A DNA stretch of 64,000 nucleotides from Takakia lepidozioides (Eukaryota; Plantae; Bryophyta). Location of the stretch: the NCBI GenBank assembly GCA_030704615.1, contig CM060732.1:1-64000 (forward strand), given 5' to 3'. Under the pieces are notes generated by a model. It worked only from the letters and a program-made list of their open reading frames with translations. It was not told where the DNA came from and did no database searches. This document shows, one piece after another, positions 23,367 through 37,109 of this stretch. The first letter of the stretch is position 1. Each line of letters starts with the position of its first letter. The position numbers and the translations under genes are program-made.

Positions 23367-25973
23367 ATGAGTGATGAAAGAGAAGCTAGACTCCAGAGAT
23401 ACTCAGCAAAAAGAGAAAGCTATCTGAAAGCTAATTATCCATATCTTTGAGAGAGAGGAATAGACATAGGGGAATCATCTGGACTTCTCACACCATTAAG
23501 ATCAGGGAGTACATCACCCATACCGGAAGAACTAGAGTTGGATGCCACTCCTTCTTTTTCTTTGCAAGAAAGATTAAGGGAATTGGTACGGGAAGAAGAT
23601 CAATCACGAGGTGAAAGATCTGAGGTACATCCCTGGATAAAAGATTTGACAGAAATCTTTGATAAGAGTTGGCCTGGAACACCAAAAGCAGGAACTCCAG
23701 TTTCTGAAGCAGAAGGTGAAGAAGGAGGAGAGGATGTGGCAGAGCCAACGGAGAGTTCAGACTCTCCAACACCGTTGCAGTTGAGTTACATGAGTGAAGA
23801 AAAAACCCAAGGGCAGAACTTGGAGGATGAAAATAGAGAGAAGAAATTAGAAGAGGAAGAGTATGAAGAAGTAGACCCAACAGCTGAGGTTGAGACTACA
23901 ACCAGGACATCCCAACCCGTTGGACCTGGATCAAGTGGAGCACTTGGATCACAGGCCAACGAAGGTGTCGGCTTAGGGGGATCAGGCGGGCTGCCTGGAT
24001 CTGGCTCTGGGGGGACAGGGAGTGTGGGAAGTAGTGCAACTGGAGCTAGGAATACTGTGAATATCGTGGGACCAGTAGTAGGGAGTGCTCAGGGGCCACC
24101 ACTGGGTGGAAGATCCACCACAACTACAACAGGTCCTCAAGGACCAGCACCAGCAAGGGTGCCAGCACCTGTCAGTGGGCAGAAGGTAGGGCCACAGATG
24201 GCGTTACAACCAACACGGGCAAAACCACCTTTTCCAATATATTCAGGAAAAAGGGATCCCGCATACACATTAGCCAATTTGACACATGTGTATAGTGAAC
24301 AATGAGAATGGCGATGATGCCAAGATGAGATTGTTTCGTTGTTCACTTATCAAGAAAGCAAGTGAATGGTATGCAAGATTCCCTGATAATCATTTCCTAA
24401 CCTGGGATGGCTTGAATACAACATTTCGAAATAGGTTCAGGACAAGTAAAACTGAGGATGAAGTGTATGGAAGTTTACAACAGTTAAAGCAAAAGAAGCA
24501 TGAAACTGTTGAGGAGTATATGGAAAAGATGGAATTGATGATGAAAAAGCTGGCTGCTGTACCAGCACCAGGTTTACAGAAGACTTGGTTTGTGAGTGGA
24601 CTAAGACCAGAGTTGCAGAAGAAAGTGGATATGTTACCCCATAATACAGTGGAGGAGGCATTTGAAACTGCAAACAGAATTGAGCAATTGAGAATGCTCA
24701 GGAGAGAGAAAAGGGATGATGAGGACTCTGAGGATGAGTCAGATGAAGAAGAAGAGCAAGAACTGAAAAGGAAGAGTATGAGAAAGGAGAAGTTGAAGAG
24801 GGATAACTATGAAAAAAGATTAGAAGAAATCTTGAAGAAGTATGCCACAGAGGCTGCAACACATTGGAGGAAGGGTGTTTGGTGTGCAAAGTGCCAGAAT
24901 GAAGGCCATACCACCACTGAATGCCACATGAAGGAGAAACATTGTACTATGTATAAAATGGATAACCATTCTACTGAGAATTGTTACTACAACAGAAGGA
25001 CAGCAGCTAGAGAACCTAGGCAAGTAAGGGTGCATCAAGTGCAGCCCCAGCCAAGAAGAAACAGTGATCAGGACCACTATGGTAGGCCTGGTGGTTATAA
25101 CAATGGCCATGACTGTTTCTCGCCCTTCCGGCTTCACATTATAACTGGTCACCTTGCTGTTCAGGTCTGTGTTTCCTGTCTCCTGGGCAATTCGATTGAT
25201 TGCTTGATACAGCCTGTGTCTACAATAAGGTGCCACAGCCAATAGCTGTCCAATGGTAATCTCTGCTTTGGTCTGGCATATTACTTCAGCCAAAGTCCCT
25301 TCATTACTTTGCATGTCTGCAACTTCTTTCTTCCTTTCATCCTCACTCACTTCTTCTTCTCCATCAGAATAAGAGGAATCTGCCACAGGAATATCAGTAC
25401 TCTTCTGCATTTCCCTTATGGTATCTGCCACTTCCTTGTGCAGTTCCTTCTCATCTCTCCAAGCCTCATCATCTTCACGCATATCACTGCCATCTTCATT
25501 ATCATCATCTTCCTCAACTACTGGAGGTATTAGTTTGGCTTTGCTTCTTGTTACTATCATTGTACTTACTTCTGGTACAACACATGGCCTAACCATGTGA
25601 GCTGCCACCACTGGGCCCTCATTCACAGGAGCTCTCATCTTATTCTGGTGTCTAATCCAGAACGAACAGGCTGCCTTGCGATGTCCTGGCTGATTACAAT
25701 AGTAACTCAGTTCTTCACCATTGGGTCCTCGCCCTTGGTCTGCTCTTGGATTATTTCTGTAATCCTGATTCCCTGGCTGGTAATTCCCCCTTGGATTACC
25801 CTGATAGTTGCCTCTAGAATTTCCTTGGTAATTCCCTCTTGAATTACCTCTCCCTTCCATGATTCTATGCCAGTAATCCAATTGAGAATTGGAAGCACAG
25901 AACTAACTGATGTACTGATAGATGGAGGCTCTGGAGTAAATATCATGACAGACCAATTAAGGAAGAAGCTTGG
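23367..25973 (+). pseudogene. G1-b gag/protease with internal inversion (~25106-25860)
   Basis: Highly similar to G1-a gag; the middle segment reads on the minus strand (ORF 24820-25881). Confidence 0.88.
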
Positions 25974-28123
25974 TGTAGTGTGAAAAGAAGGGGCGTGAAT
26001 CCCCTTCTGTATAATTCTAATTGTGCTTCCTTCCATTCTAAGCGGAGCAAAAGAAAGAAGGTTCTTCTTTTCTGTCCTACTATCGTCAGTTGGCTGTGGG
26101 TTTCCCTCAGCTCCTTCGTGATCAGAGTTCAAGCAATCCTCATCCACGCCGCAGCGGAAGAGAAGACATGGATGGGGAGTCAAATTGTTGTTCACTCTTG
26201 GTTCTACCTTTTACACAACATCCTCTACCTGCAGGTACAGCACCAACTATGCTGCCACGATGTATTCAGTGATGCAATCAGCCCTATGTCAGTGATAAAC
26301 ACTGCCCTTGTGGGCAGTTCCCTTGGTCTGCAACACGTCGGAAGCCCCTTTTTGTAATGAGATCACGGTCTAGGTGGGTGGACAGCTCAGATCTGCCATG
26401 AACTGCAGGCCCACTAGTTTGATCATTCAGGGTTCATGTCTTCTTGACCTTGCCTCTCCATTTGTCCATCCCTCATCAACCCTTCTCCCTTTTCACTTTT
26501 TCTTTCTCTCAAATCCTTTTTCCTTGGTGTGTGGATTCCTCACTTTTTCACAACAGCATGGCTATGATGCAATGCAAATGCACATCCAGCCAGGCATCCA
26601 GTGCATCCATCATTGAAGTCAACCTTGGTTACAAGACATGATCTGCCCCTCTGTCGGTCTTTCTCTTTTTCTCTCTCTCCAGTGACTGGTCCTTGCACTA
26701 TCTTTCCCCAAGTGGATCCTATTTGGCCAAGGTGCTTCACAACCCTTCTACAGATCTCAAATCACACACCCTGACAGCTCTCTTTTTCTCCTCAATTGCA
26801 AACCTCAGTCATTCACATGTTGAGAACACTTCTATAAATCAGATCCAAACCCCAAAACAGTATTGACTTTTCTTCCCCATCCACGTCATCCCTCTCAGTT
26901 CTTCAAATCCGTTTCTGTCTGACCATCCCTGTTCTCCTTTATCCACCAAGCTAATTCTACACTGGCTCCACTGTTTTAACATCCAGGGCTGGTTTGCTTA
27001 TGCTGGCTGAAGACACTGAAAATAAAGAAAATGAACACAACAACAACAACCATTCTGACCCTGATGTGAGCTATCCTTGTCCCCTCTATCTTTTTCCTAA
27101 TGACAGTGTAACAACAGGTGCATCCATCTCCACCCTATCCTGGTTTGAATTCCAGTGTCTTCATTCCATTTTCAAAGGCCTTTTCTACTCCTCACATTTC
27201 TGTCCCCTTCAGCAGATACAAGAGACAGTTCCAAAAACTTCACAAAGTCATTCCTAAGTGCCCAAAAAGAGAGGCCAACACTCTTAGAACTTATCTGTCT
27301 TATACTCGTGTGAAGCGGTGGTTCTGCCTGCTAAGCTGGCACCTCACCATCGCTGTCAGCAGCCATATTCAACGCTTCTCCTCATCTTGATTCCAGTTCT
27401 CATCATGTCATGACGGCTTGCTTCATTAGCTGGCAACATCCTTGTGCTTGCCAACCTCTACCCTATCCCTCTACATGTGTACTTCTGCCCTAAGGATTGA
27501 TGTGCTCCTACAGCTCTAAGACAGAAGGCTACTACAAGTTTTAATTACAGATGACCTGAGTCGCATCCACACCAGCCTGCACTTCTCATTCCCCAACAGC
27601 TGTTGTTGCGCTCCATCTCCTCATAACTGTACTCTTCAAGACAATGGCGGCAGCGGTAGTGCACTGCTCTTAGCACCTGCTCAGCTTTCAAAATTGATTA
27701 TCACCACGCAGAAAGAGGCACCGCTTCTCCTTGCACAAAATGCCAAGCAGATCCCTTAACGTCGCGCTTTAAGGCAAGCTGATTCACATGGTGCAGGTGT
27801 AAGTTCCCAAGCCAGCCTGCCTGACAACACTACGGCAGCAGCTGTGAAGAGTTGCCCGTCGTCTTCCTCCTCGTTTTCCTCAGCTCGAGTTTCTAGGTTA
27901 AACATACGCGACGAAAATCATTCATTCCAAGGATGAAAATGCGCATGTTATGACTTAGCCATATTTTGTCCTGGCAGAGCAAGAGCATAGTGTTCCCATG
28001 GAATTACCTGTAGGCCTGGGTAATTCTCTCCCGACATTAGTACCAGGCACTCCCTTCTTCACCAATGCCGTAATTTGATTCCCAACAAAATTTTCAATGT
28101 TACTCCCCTGCATTCACACTACA
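25974..28123. mobile_element. 2.15-kb non-coding insertion with TGT...ACA ends and 4-bp TSD (solo LTR or Ginger-like non-autonomous element)
   Basis: Termini TGTAGTGTGAA / TTCACACTACA; TSD TTGG (25970-25973 and 28124-28127); splits the protease sequence at KKLG|L. Confidence 0.8.
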
Positions 28124-28583
28124 TTGGTCTAAGTAACATGAGACCAGCCCCATTTACAATAACAATGGCAGATCAAAGAAGTGTACAGCCATTGGGATTG
28201 ATAAGAGGAGTTAAGATACAGATACAGAAGATGATCTTTATGATCACAGTAACTGTGTTGAAGATGGATGAAGTCATGGAGGCTTACTCCTTAGTTTCTT
28301 CAGCGGATTTTTTTGACATGGGAGAAGACTATGCAATTCAGATGGCAGAGAAGAAGCGACGGGGGTCTCCTATGCCTGAAAGGTTACCTCGATATCAGCC
28401 TCCAGAGGGAATCACTTATCCAGGTAGTGTTCAATCATCTCCGTAAACCAGTGACAGACCTCGGGCTCGTACACACAGTCCGCCACGAAACTCTCAACGT
28501 CAGAAAGGTGCTCACTCACAAAGGTTTGCTAATCGCAATCAGTAAACCGTGAGGACACGGCTTTTTGAGAGGGGAAGGGGTAA

Positions 28584-29510
28584 TGTTAGAGGACTGTCTG
28601 GGACTTAGACACTTATACAGGATCTGTAGGGTACCCTTAATTTTTGCACAGACTGAGACCAACAGGAGCCTTAGGGGTGACAACAGCGCACTTTAGAAGG
28701 GGGTTACACAGCCCGTCACAGCCAACACAGCCAACACAGCCCGTCACAGCTTCGCACAGCCCGACACAGCCCATCACAGCCAACACAGCCCGTTACAGCC
28801 GACACAGCCACACAGCCAGTCACAGCCGGTCACAGTTTCACACAGCTGTCACGACCATAGGGAATGGATAGCATGACAGGGAACGACTGTGGGGAACAAC
28901 ACCTGCGAATGGAACATGTTAGTTCACGGACGACGGTTAGTGAGGGAAGCGGTTAGAACAACGGGTAGGAAGATAAAACTGGGAGCAAGGACTGAAAGGG
29001 GGATGCGGGAGATCACTTCTGGGTGGGGGACTTCTGGCATCAGGGCTTGGAAATAGGGGGTAGAGCACATCTCTGAGTGGAAAGATGAAGAGCACGGAGT
29101 AGGAGAAGTGACGATCTGTTGTTACTTGATGAATGCAAGCTATAGAATTGTAATGTAGAGTAGATTAGAGACACCATGGCTTCAGCCTGATACTTGATAG
29201 ATATTAATCTGATACACACTTCATACTCACACTGTAGAGAGAGATCTGAGTGAAACTGTGGAATGAATGGATGAGTTGATGGAATCCGATAGATTGATGA
29301 AGTAAACTGATACTTAATTATCAATAGTAAGTTAGCTAGCTAACATGAATGCGGAAAGGAAAACAAATAGGAAACACCCCCATGATACACTAGCTGTAGG
29401 TCATGACTGATTGTTCTGAGCGGGCTGAGTACTTAGAGATTTCCAACTCTTCTATCTTGGAGTTTCCGCCTCGGATAGCGAAGGGATGGGTGAGTAAAAG
29501 CCGCGCGACA
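28584..29510 (+). repeat. G1-family 3' LTR preceded by PPT
   Basis: GAGAGGGGAAGGGGTAA (28567-28583) then TGTTAGAGG...GCCGCGCGACA. Confidence 0.9.
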
Positions 29511-29922
29511 AGCACAGAGTAGGAGAAGTGATGATCTGTTGTTACTTAATGAATGCAAGCTGTAGAATTGTAATGTAGAGTAGATTAGAGACACCATGGC
29601 TTCAACCTGATACTTGATAGATATTAATCTGATACATACTTCATACTCACACTGTGTAGAGAGACTTGAGTGAAGCTGTGGAAAGAATGGATGGAACTTG
29701 ATAGATTTTTGAAGCAAACTGATACTTAATTGCAAATAGTAAGGTAACTCGCTAACATGAATGCGGGAAGGAGTACAATTAGGAAACACCCCCATGATAC
29801 ACTAGCTGTAGGTCACGACTGATTGTTCTGAGCGGGCTGAGTGCTTAGAGATTTCCAACTCTTCTATCTTGGAGTTCCCACCTCGGATAGCGAAGGGATG
29901 GGTGAGTAAAAGCCGCTCGACA
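29511..29922 (+). repeat. Partial G1-b 3' LTR (3' ~410 bp)
   Basis: Matches about 22347-22757, ends GCCGCTCGACA and is followed by the TSD. Confidence 0.88.
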
Positions 29923-30311
29923 CCCCTGGTCCTTCAGCTATCCCTGCCTGTGTACAGATCATGAATACATCGTCAGCCTTGCTGCTAGCAGCCGACACTG
30001 ACTACGTGAAGTTCTTCCAGCAAACACCCTTGGAGACACAAGGTGAATGCCCGTTGGACTCATAGAGAAGCAGATGCAATTCAGAATTGGAACTACTGTA
30101 GTAAGTCATTGACTGGGGTTGGAAAAGTGTTCATTTCAATGCTTTTCCTCATCTCTGTAATCTGTTTATGGATACTTTCCAGCTGCCACATCGGCATAAA
30201 CCTGTCAAAGTCACCCCAAACTACCATAGATCCACGCATAGAGCTAACTTACAGAATTCAATATGCATCTCAGGGCCGAGTCTGATGAGAGGGCAAAACA
30301 GGCTGAAATAG

Positions 30312-33300
30312 CACTACTACGTTTAGGGGGGGTTAGCGACGCCGAACACGACGACCCTCCTACGACTGCAGCGCCGCGCAGGCGCCCGGCCCGGAAATTG
30401 CGACGTCTACCCGTCGCCGCCGCGCCGCTCCGGTGACGCTTCGCCTGCTTGCGATTCCGCCACGTCGCTGTTGTTGGGGCATGACCCGCCAGCGAGCTGG
30501 GGGTTACGACGCTCGGGCGTCGCACGTACCCTCTATGATGCTCCCGTAAGCTGCGACTGCCGAAAATCGCAACAACACCCCCTCACACTTAGGCGCGTGG
30601 GGAGGGCCGAGTCAGCTCGCGCTGGGGTTTGCGACGTCCAGACGTCGCCAAAATGCCACAATGGTGAGGTTGCGATTCCCGCAATCGCAGGCTTGCTGGG
30701 GCGTCGCAAGTGCCCTCTTGCCTGGGGGTCTAGGATTGGGGATTGCTGCTACGTAATAATTGTTTTTTGGTTGTGTTTTGTTCTGTGAATTTGACCCTTG
30801 CACCACTACATCTGTGCAAAATATTGGACCAAAAACAAATTTTTTAAAAAAAATGTTTTCTTCGTTCACTATTGGAGAACTCTCTATGAATAGTGCATGA
30901 AGTTGAAGACAACTCAACTTTGGAGTTCAAATGAGGGAAGGAAATACGGTTTTGGGGCCAAATGGTTTTTATTCACTCTCAAATTTTTCACGCACATTGC
31001 ATATGCTGTCATTAAGCATATGGTTTAAGAACGGAATAAAAATAAAATCATGTGCAAACGAAATACAGTTTTTCGTCTCTAAAACACGTAGATGTGTTCA
31101 ATACTTGAATGACCCATTGAATGAACTTGGTTCAAGCTCATATTTGGTCCACACGCGCTTAAGTATGTCCAAATCACATATGCAAAGTCTCAAAAGATAA
31201 GCAACATTAAGAAATATGCTCATCAATAATGCATGAACTTGAAGAGAACTCAACCAGCTTGGAGTGCAAATGAGGGAAGAAAATATGGTTTTGGGTGCAG
31301 ATAATGTCTGTTCATTGCCAAATTTTGCATGCACATTGCACATGTTGTCATTAAGCATATGGTTTAAGAATGGAATAAATTTATTTCCTCAACAGACTCT
31401 GGAATGTAATGACGCTGCAAGCTTTCCCAATGGATTTGGAAAACTAGGAAGTTTTGACATTGAGTTGTTTTCTGAATTGATAGAGACATTGGTTGGAGAT
31501 GGAATGCATGGAGAATGCTTGCATTGTTTTTTTGCACTGTCTCCATAGAAGGCCAACGATTGTTGAAGCTTTTAATTGCGTAATAATTGATGAAGATGCA
31601 CAACAAGTAGAAACAGAGACTGATATTATCACGCAGAGGAAGGAACTGAAGCAGATCATTATTGTTGGAGATCACTCGGTGTATAAAGCTTTGGCCTTAT
31701 TTCAAAATCAACATAAAATCAAACTTCAAATCAACAAATCATCAAATCAAATCATGAATACAATACAATTGCACGTCGTTGCACTCCAGTTGCACGTCAT
31801 TGCCTTTGTGGGAGTTGTTTGACATAATCACATAAGTCGTAGCTAGCAGACATCCACTGTCAGGAGACAACGTTGACATCTAGATACATTAGATAACTTG
31901 TAGAGAACCTCGGATTATGTGCATGCTAAACTTCTTTGGTGGCATCCTCGATTCCTTGACGAATTCGAAAGATTTTGTCACAGAATGACGCGATTGCAAT
32001 CGGCCCCAAATACTCTTCGTCACAGAAAAACGCGCGCACATGCTCAGGTAGGATGGTAGAGAGAAGCACAACCTCAGATGATTTCGCTTTGTGTATTGGA
32101 TGAGATCCCATTAACATTTCCACCTCCATGTGTGCCAATTTGCATCACTTGCTCCAGTTGCACATTGTTACCTTTGTGGGAGTTGTTTGACATAATCACC
32201 TAAGTTGTAGCAGGCATCCAATGTCAAGAGACAACGTTGACATGTAGATACATCAGATAACTTATAGGGAACCTTGGACTAGGCGCATACTAAACTTCTT
32301 TGGTGGCGTCCTTGATTCCTTGACGAATTCGAAAGGTGGACAATCTCATCGAAAAAATCCAAGAAATCCAATCTCATCCCTAGACAAATAAATCACTACG
32401 GATAGACACGAGCAAGCCAAGGGCCATAAATTACGCACATTTCAATATGTAGAGGTTGCTTGGTTACATTGCACTAATTTAAACCATGATCGTCAAAAGG
32501 AGAGAACAATGTTGGTTGAACAATGCTCACAACTGCGAACAGTTCCAAACTATCATTAGAGTATCCCATGTTAGAGATGCAAGAAAGACAAGAGAAGCGG
32601 CCTCACTCCAAGTTTTCAACACTCCGGATCAATGGATTCCCTAAGTGAAATTTTGCTTTATCCAAAGAAAGTCCTCTGAAATGCAATCATGAGAGCTTTA
32701 CATTTTAGCAACATCTATCTGATGCTAGTCTTCAACTTCTCCTTTTTGCTCCTATGCGATGACCGAGAACGTAATTGCGTGGATGCCTAATCCCTATGTG
32801 TCCTTCCTGGATGTTTTTTTGGGGTTTGAAAATTCTTGACCACCTCAGGCCTAGTCGAAGTACAATCAATGGAAGACATTAACGACCGAAGCGATTAGTG
32901 ATGTTCATGTAGACCAATTGTAAATTGGCCTCTCTTGCATCATATTTAATTCACATTCTTTCCCTCCAAAAAAACCACGTAGATACACTATGTTGGTCAT
33001 AAATATAAGCTAAAAATATTTACGTACATGTTTGTAATGAGAGCATTTAAGTAATTGTCGGCTCCCTTTACTTGCACATGATGGGTGTAATTTGCTGGAT
33101 ATCCCATTCACATTTCCACCTCCATGTGATTTACATAGCGCAGAGTCTTGGTGCCATTTTGCATCACTTGCTCCAGTTGCATGGCGTTGCCTTTGTGGGA
33201 GTTGTTTGACATAATCACCTAAGTCGTAGAAGGCATCCATTGTGAGGAGACAACGTTGACATCTAGATACATCAGATAACTTCTACAGAACCTCAGTGAG

Positions 33301-35000
33301 TCTTATCTCAAATGACATGATCCCCACCCAGAAAGTTGTGTGTGCTTTGAACTGACAATCCTTTCGAAGTTTGGAAGGATCTAGTAGACCTGTGAAATCA
33401 CACGATTCTTTTTTTTCCCATTCTCAAGCCATATGCTTAATGACTGCGTGTGCAATGTGCGTGCAAAATTTGGCAGTGAGCAAAAGTCATCTGGACCCAA
33501 AACCATATTTTCCTCCATCATTTGCTCTCTAAGGTTGAGTTTTCTTCAACTTCATGCAGGGCCTACGACGTCGGGGGTGAATATTTCTTCTTGATGCTCG
33601 TCATTTGCAACTTTGCATATGTGATCTGAACATACTTAAGCACATGTGGACCAAATATAAGCTTGAACCAAGTTCAGTCAATGGGTCATTCGAGATTTCA
33701 ACGAAACTACATGTCGTGGAGACTAAATATTGCGTTTCGTCTGCACACAATTTTTTCTTAATTCCATTTTCAAGCCATATGTTTAATGACAACATATGCA
33801 ATGTACGTGCAAAAATTGGGAGTAAACAAAAGTCATCTGGACCCAAAACCATATTTTCTTCCCTCATTTGTACTCCAAAGTTAAGTTCTCTACAACTTCA
33901 TGCACTCTTTATAGATAGTCTAAAAAAGTGAGTTTTTTTTTTTTTTTTTTTTGGTTTGTTTGTTTGTTTGTTTGTTTGTTTTGGGGTCCAATATTTTGCA
34001 CAGATGTAGTGGTGTAAGGGTTGAATTCACAAAAACAATTTGAGTAAAAACAAAAATCATTACATACCAGAAATCCCTCTAGACCCCCAAACTAAATGGT
34101 ACTGCGACGTTCCAGTGACGTGCGGGAGTCGCAACGTCACCATTTCCCCTTGGACGCCCAACTCGACGGGGTATTGCGATGTCCGTCGTCGCTAGGACGG
34201 CCTAGCGACGCTCCAGCAGGGCATCGACGTGGGGGAGTCGCAAGGATGCCATTTCCCCCTTGGCTGCCACGTGGCGAGGGCACGCCACCTCGCGGGGGTT
34301 GCGACTGCTAGAAGTCGCCCGTCAGCGGTAATGCAACGGGCCTGCGACGTCCAGGAGTTGCAGAGAGGCCCTGTTTAGTGTCTCTTTGCAAATGTCATGG
34401 CAGAGGTCAGGGTCAATTGTTCCCCTTCTTCCAATCTTTATAGTGCTCATTCTCTCTGCTGTATAACAGGGCCGGAGTTCTTTCTACCACCATTGGTGCC
34501 GATCCCAACAAACTTGACGGCCGCCGCCACATCCTCCTTCTCATCCCCTCATGTGGGATGATGATTTTTTGCACATGCACATGATTTTGTTTTATTCCGT
34601 TCCCAAGCCATATGCTTAATGACAGCATTTGCAATGCGTGTGCAATTTTTGGGAGTGAACAAAAATCATTTGGATTGAAAACCATATTTTCTTCCCTCAT
34701 TTGCACTCCCAAGTTGAGTTCTTTTCAACTTCATGCACTCTCCATAGAGCGTTCCGCAATAGTGAGCGAAGGAAACTCTTTGTTTTGTTTTGTTTTTTTG
34801 TTTGGTTCAATTTTTTCCATGGATGTAGTGGTCTGGGGTTTGCATTCACAGAACAAAATAGAGCTAAAATAAAAATCAATACTTGGGAAAAATCGGCAAT
34901 CATAGATATTGTAAATACATGGGGTTGCGACCTCCAGGGGTCGCCTTGCGATGGTATTGCGATGCCCCAACAGGTCTGCGACCGCGGGGAATCGCAATAT
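30312..35000. mobile_element. Non-autonomous CACTA-like element with long internal inverted repeats (right end not found)
   Basis: Starts CACTACTAC where OSB homology stops. GC-rich GCGAC/GTCGC subterminal repeats at 30330-30760, 34090-34360 and 34920-35000. 30760-31390 is inverted relative to 33420-34070 and 34570-34880. Confidence 0.55.
31493..31680 (+). pseudogene. Captured SF1 (UPF1/SEN1-like) helicase fragment
   Basis: ENACIVF(C)TVS, then after a frameshift FNCVIIDEDAQQVETET...KQIIIVGDH (motifs Ib-II-III). Confidence 0.7.
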
Positions 35001-35087
35001 CGCCTTTTCTGTGTCTATGCAAAGATCATGGCAGAGGCCAAGCTGAATGGATCCATTGTTGCAAATCTTTTTAGTCCTCCTTCTGTG

Positions 35088-36088
35088 CTACAATATAACA
35101 GGTCTATCTTGCATGTGGGAGACCGTGATCAACCCGGGCAGCCTTATTGTTAAAGACAAAGGGCAGGAAGAGGGGGTGGGGACACTAGGAAAGGAAAAGG
35201 GAAGGGCCATGGGATTAGAGGGTTGAGGGTAGATTGTTTTTGCAATGGCTTTGGCAACATTGTTGTCTTTCACACCAATTTTGAAGATTCTTTCTGTTGC
35301 ATCGAGATCATGGTAACCAAATCGATTGAAGGGTTTCCAGGGGTAAGTCTTGGTCAGCACTTGTAGAACAATAACCATGTCTTCCAACATTCTTGCCCTC
35401 ATACAAAAACTCAACAATCCTAGAGTCACTTTTCGAGTCACAACTTCACTAGAATCATTCCTAGATCGCCACACCTACAAAGAATTTTTTTCATGGATTT
35501 TTCATTAATCAATATAGAAATAAGCTACATGCATATATATGTACAATCAATCGAAGGGATGGGTACAGTTTTGTGCGAGAATTATTATGTAGCTTTGATT
35601 ATGTGTCTAATCAACTTGAACATCATCATTCGGAGCTTCTTCGTCTCATCAAGCTGCAAGTCTTCTTGCTCATCAAAATCATTGTCATAAATGGCCTGGT
35701 TACCAGAAGGCACATCTGAATCATCTTCCGCCTCGGTTTCAATGACCATGTCTTCATCTTCTCCAACATCAGCATCTGATGGAGCCTCATCGTATAGGGT
35801 CTGGGATGCATTGTCCGGGGCGTCATCATTCTCTTGTACCCCCTCTATCCAACCTCGGCCAACATCAGCGTCATCATGACCAGTCTCTTCCTCTACGTTA
35901 TGATGAGTCCGAGTCAAATTGACCTTCAAAGTTTCTATGTACTCTTTCTTCATCCTCATAAAAGTATTTTGACTTGTTGCGACTGTTCATTTGTCCCAAG
36001 TACGAATGGAATGACTAATTACAGGTTGACATGGCCCCACATGATATTGAAAGATAGGAAATCCAACAAAGTTAGAAATTGCTTTTAG
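35088..36088 (-). pseudogene. Unidentified exon-like coding remnant (acidic)
   Basis: ORFs 35088-35474 and 35585-35959; no recognisable domain. Confidence 0.25.
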
Positions 36089-37109
36089 GGAAAAAACTAC
36101 ATCAATCCATCGCAGTGTTCGCACTCATTCCCCTTACATTCATCCATTCTACATTCATGAATCCTTCGCATTGTTCGCACTCATCCATGTTATATTCATC
36201 CATCCTGCATTCATCCAATCGGTCGGCTGGATGTTAAAGATGTAGTCTGCAATGACTGGAAAAGGTAAATCATTCCGCGGAAATAGGCACCTACCTTCTG
36301 TCCGCGATTATAGGTCCGTGCCTTTGGAAATGACGTGGCGTCAACCACGCTGGCAAGGACTGCTGACGTGCCGTGACACCCGTGAACCAACGTGGCGAGA
36401 ACTGCTGACGTGGCGTGAGCCTGGCTATGCTCACGTGCTCACACGCTCACGCGGCCAGGCTCACGTGGAGGCATTCCCCGGATCACAACATAGCCCACAG
36501 GGGGGATCACAACATAGCAAAATATATGTCTTTGCTTAGACAACGCCCTCCTCTCCAACCCAATTACACTAGAACCCGACAACAGCCCAGACACCCCAAA
36601 TGCATCTCCCATCACACCAGCCCCAGCTCTCTCAAACACCATAAGCTCCAATACAATGCCATAATCACCTAGCTCACCCAACACTCGCCCGCAGTCATGG
36701 CCTATACATAAATAACATAAGCCATCATAGGCATTAAAACAATCACATCTATTGATGACTTTGGAGCCTGCATGAACACATTTTACCTCTGCAAATGGGC
36801 TGACTACCCACCAACTGCCAACAGACGGAATGAAGGTTTCCGCCCACAGCAGCAGTCTGCGGACTCTGGAGTTCGGATTTTCGGGTTGCCAAAGTGGGGT
36901 CGGGAGGGCACACCTGAACTCCAACTTGTTCCTTTTGTGGGTGGACGTGAGGCCCTGGAGCGGGAGTACGCTCAAATAGGAATTCGGGAGGTTGGTGCGC
37001 AGGCTGCAGCAGTCGGTATGGCAGGTGCAGGGCGACGGAAATAGCCAGGGCATCCGCCCATAGATGAAGTCGTTGCACAGGTAGGGGGCCCCGCCCACAC
37101 GAAGAAGAC

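Larger units (their letters stand above)
21809..29922 (+). mobile_element. Gypsy G1-b, internally deleted and rearranged
   Basis: 5-bp TSD CCCCT (21804-21808 and 29923-29927). 5' LTR 21809-22757, PBS at 22760, 5' ORF, gag from 23367, protease; RT, RNase H and integrase deleted. Confidence 0.92.

Noticed and set aside
34370-34380. TAGTG as the right end of the CACTA element starting at 30312
   Set aside because: The match does not extend beyond CACTA, the flanks TAG/TCT give no TSD, and a similar sequence recurs at about 35005.
35960-36088. Possible Helitron Rep/helicase fragment
   Set aside because: Only vague similarity, with no diagnostic motifs or Helitron termini.
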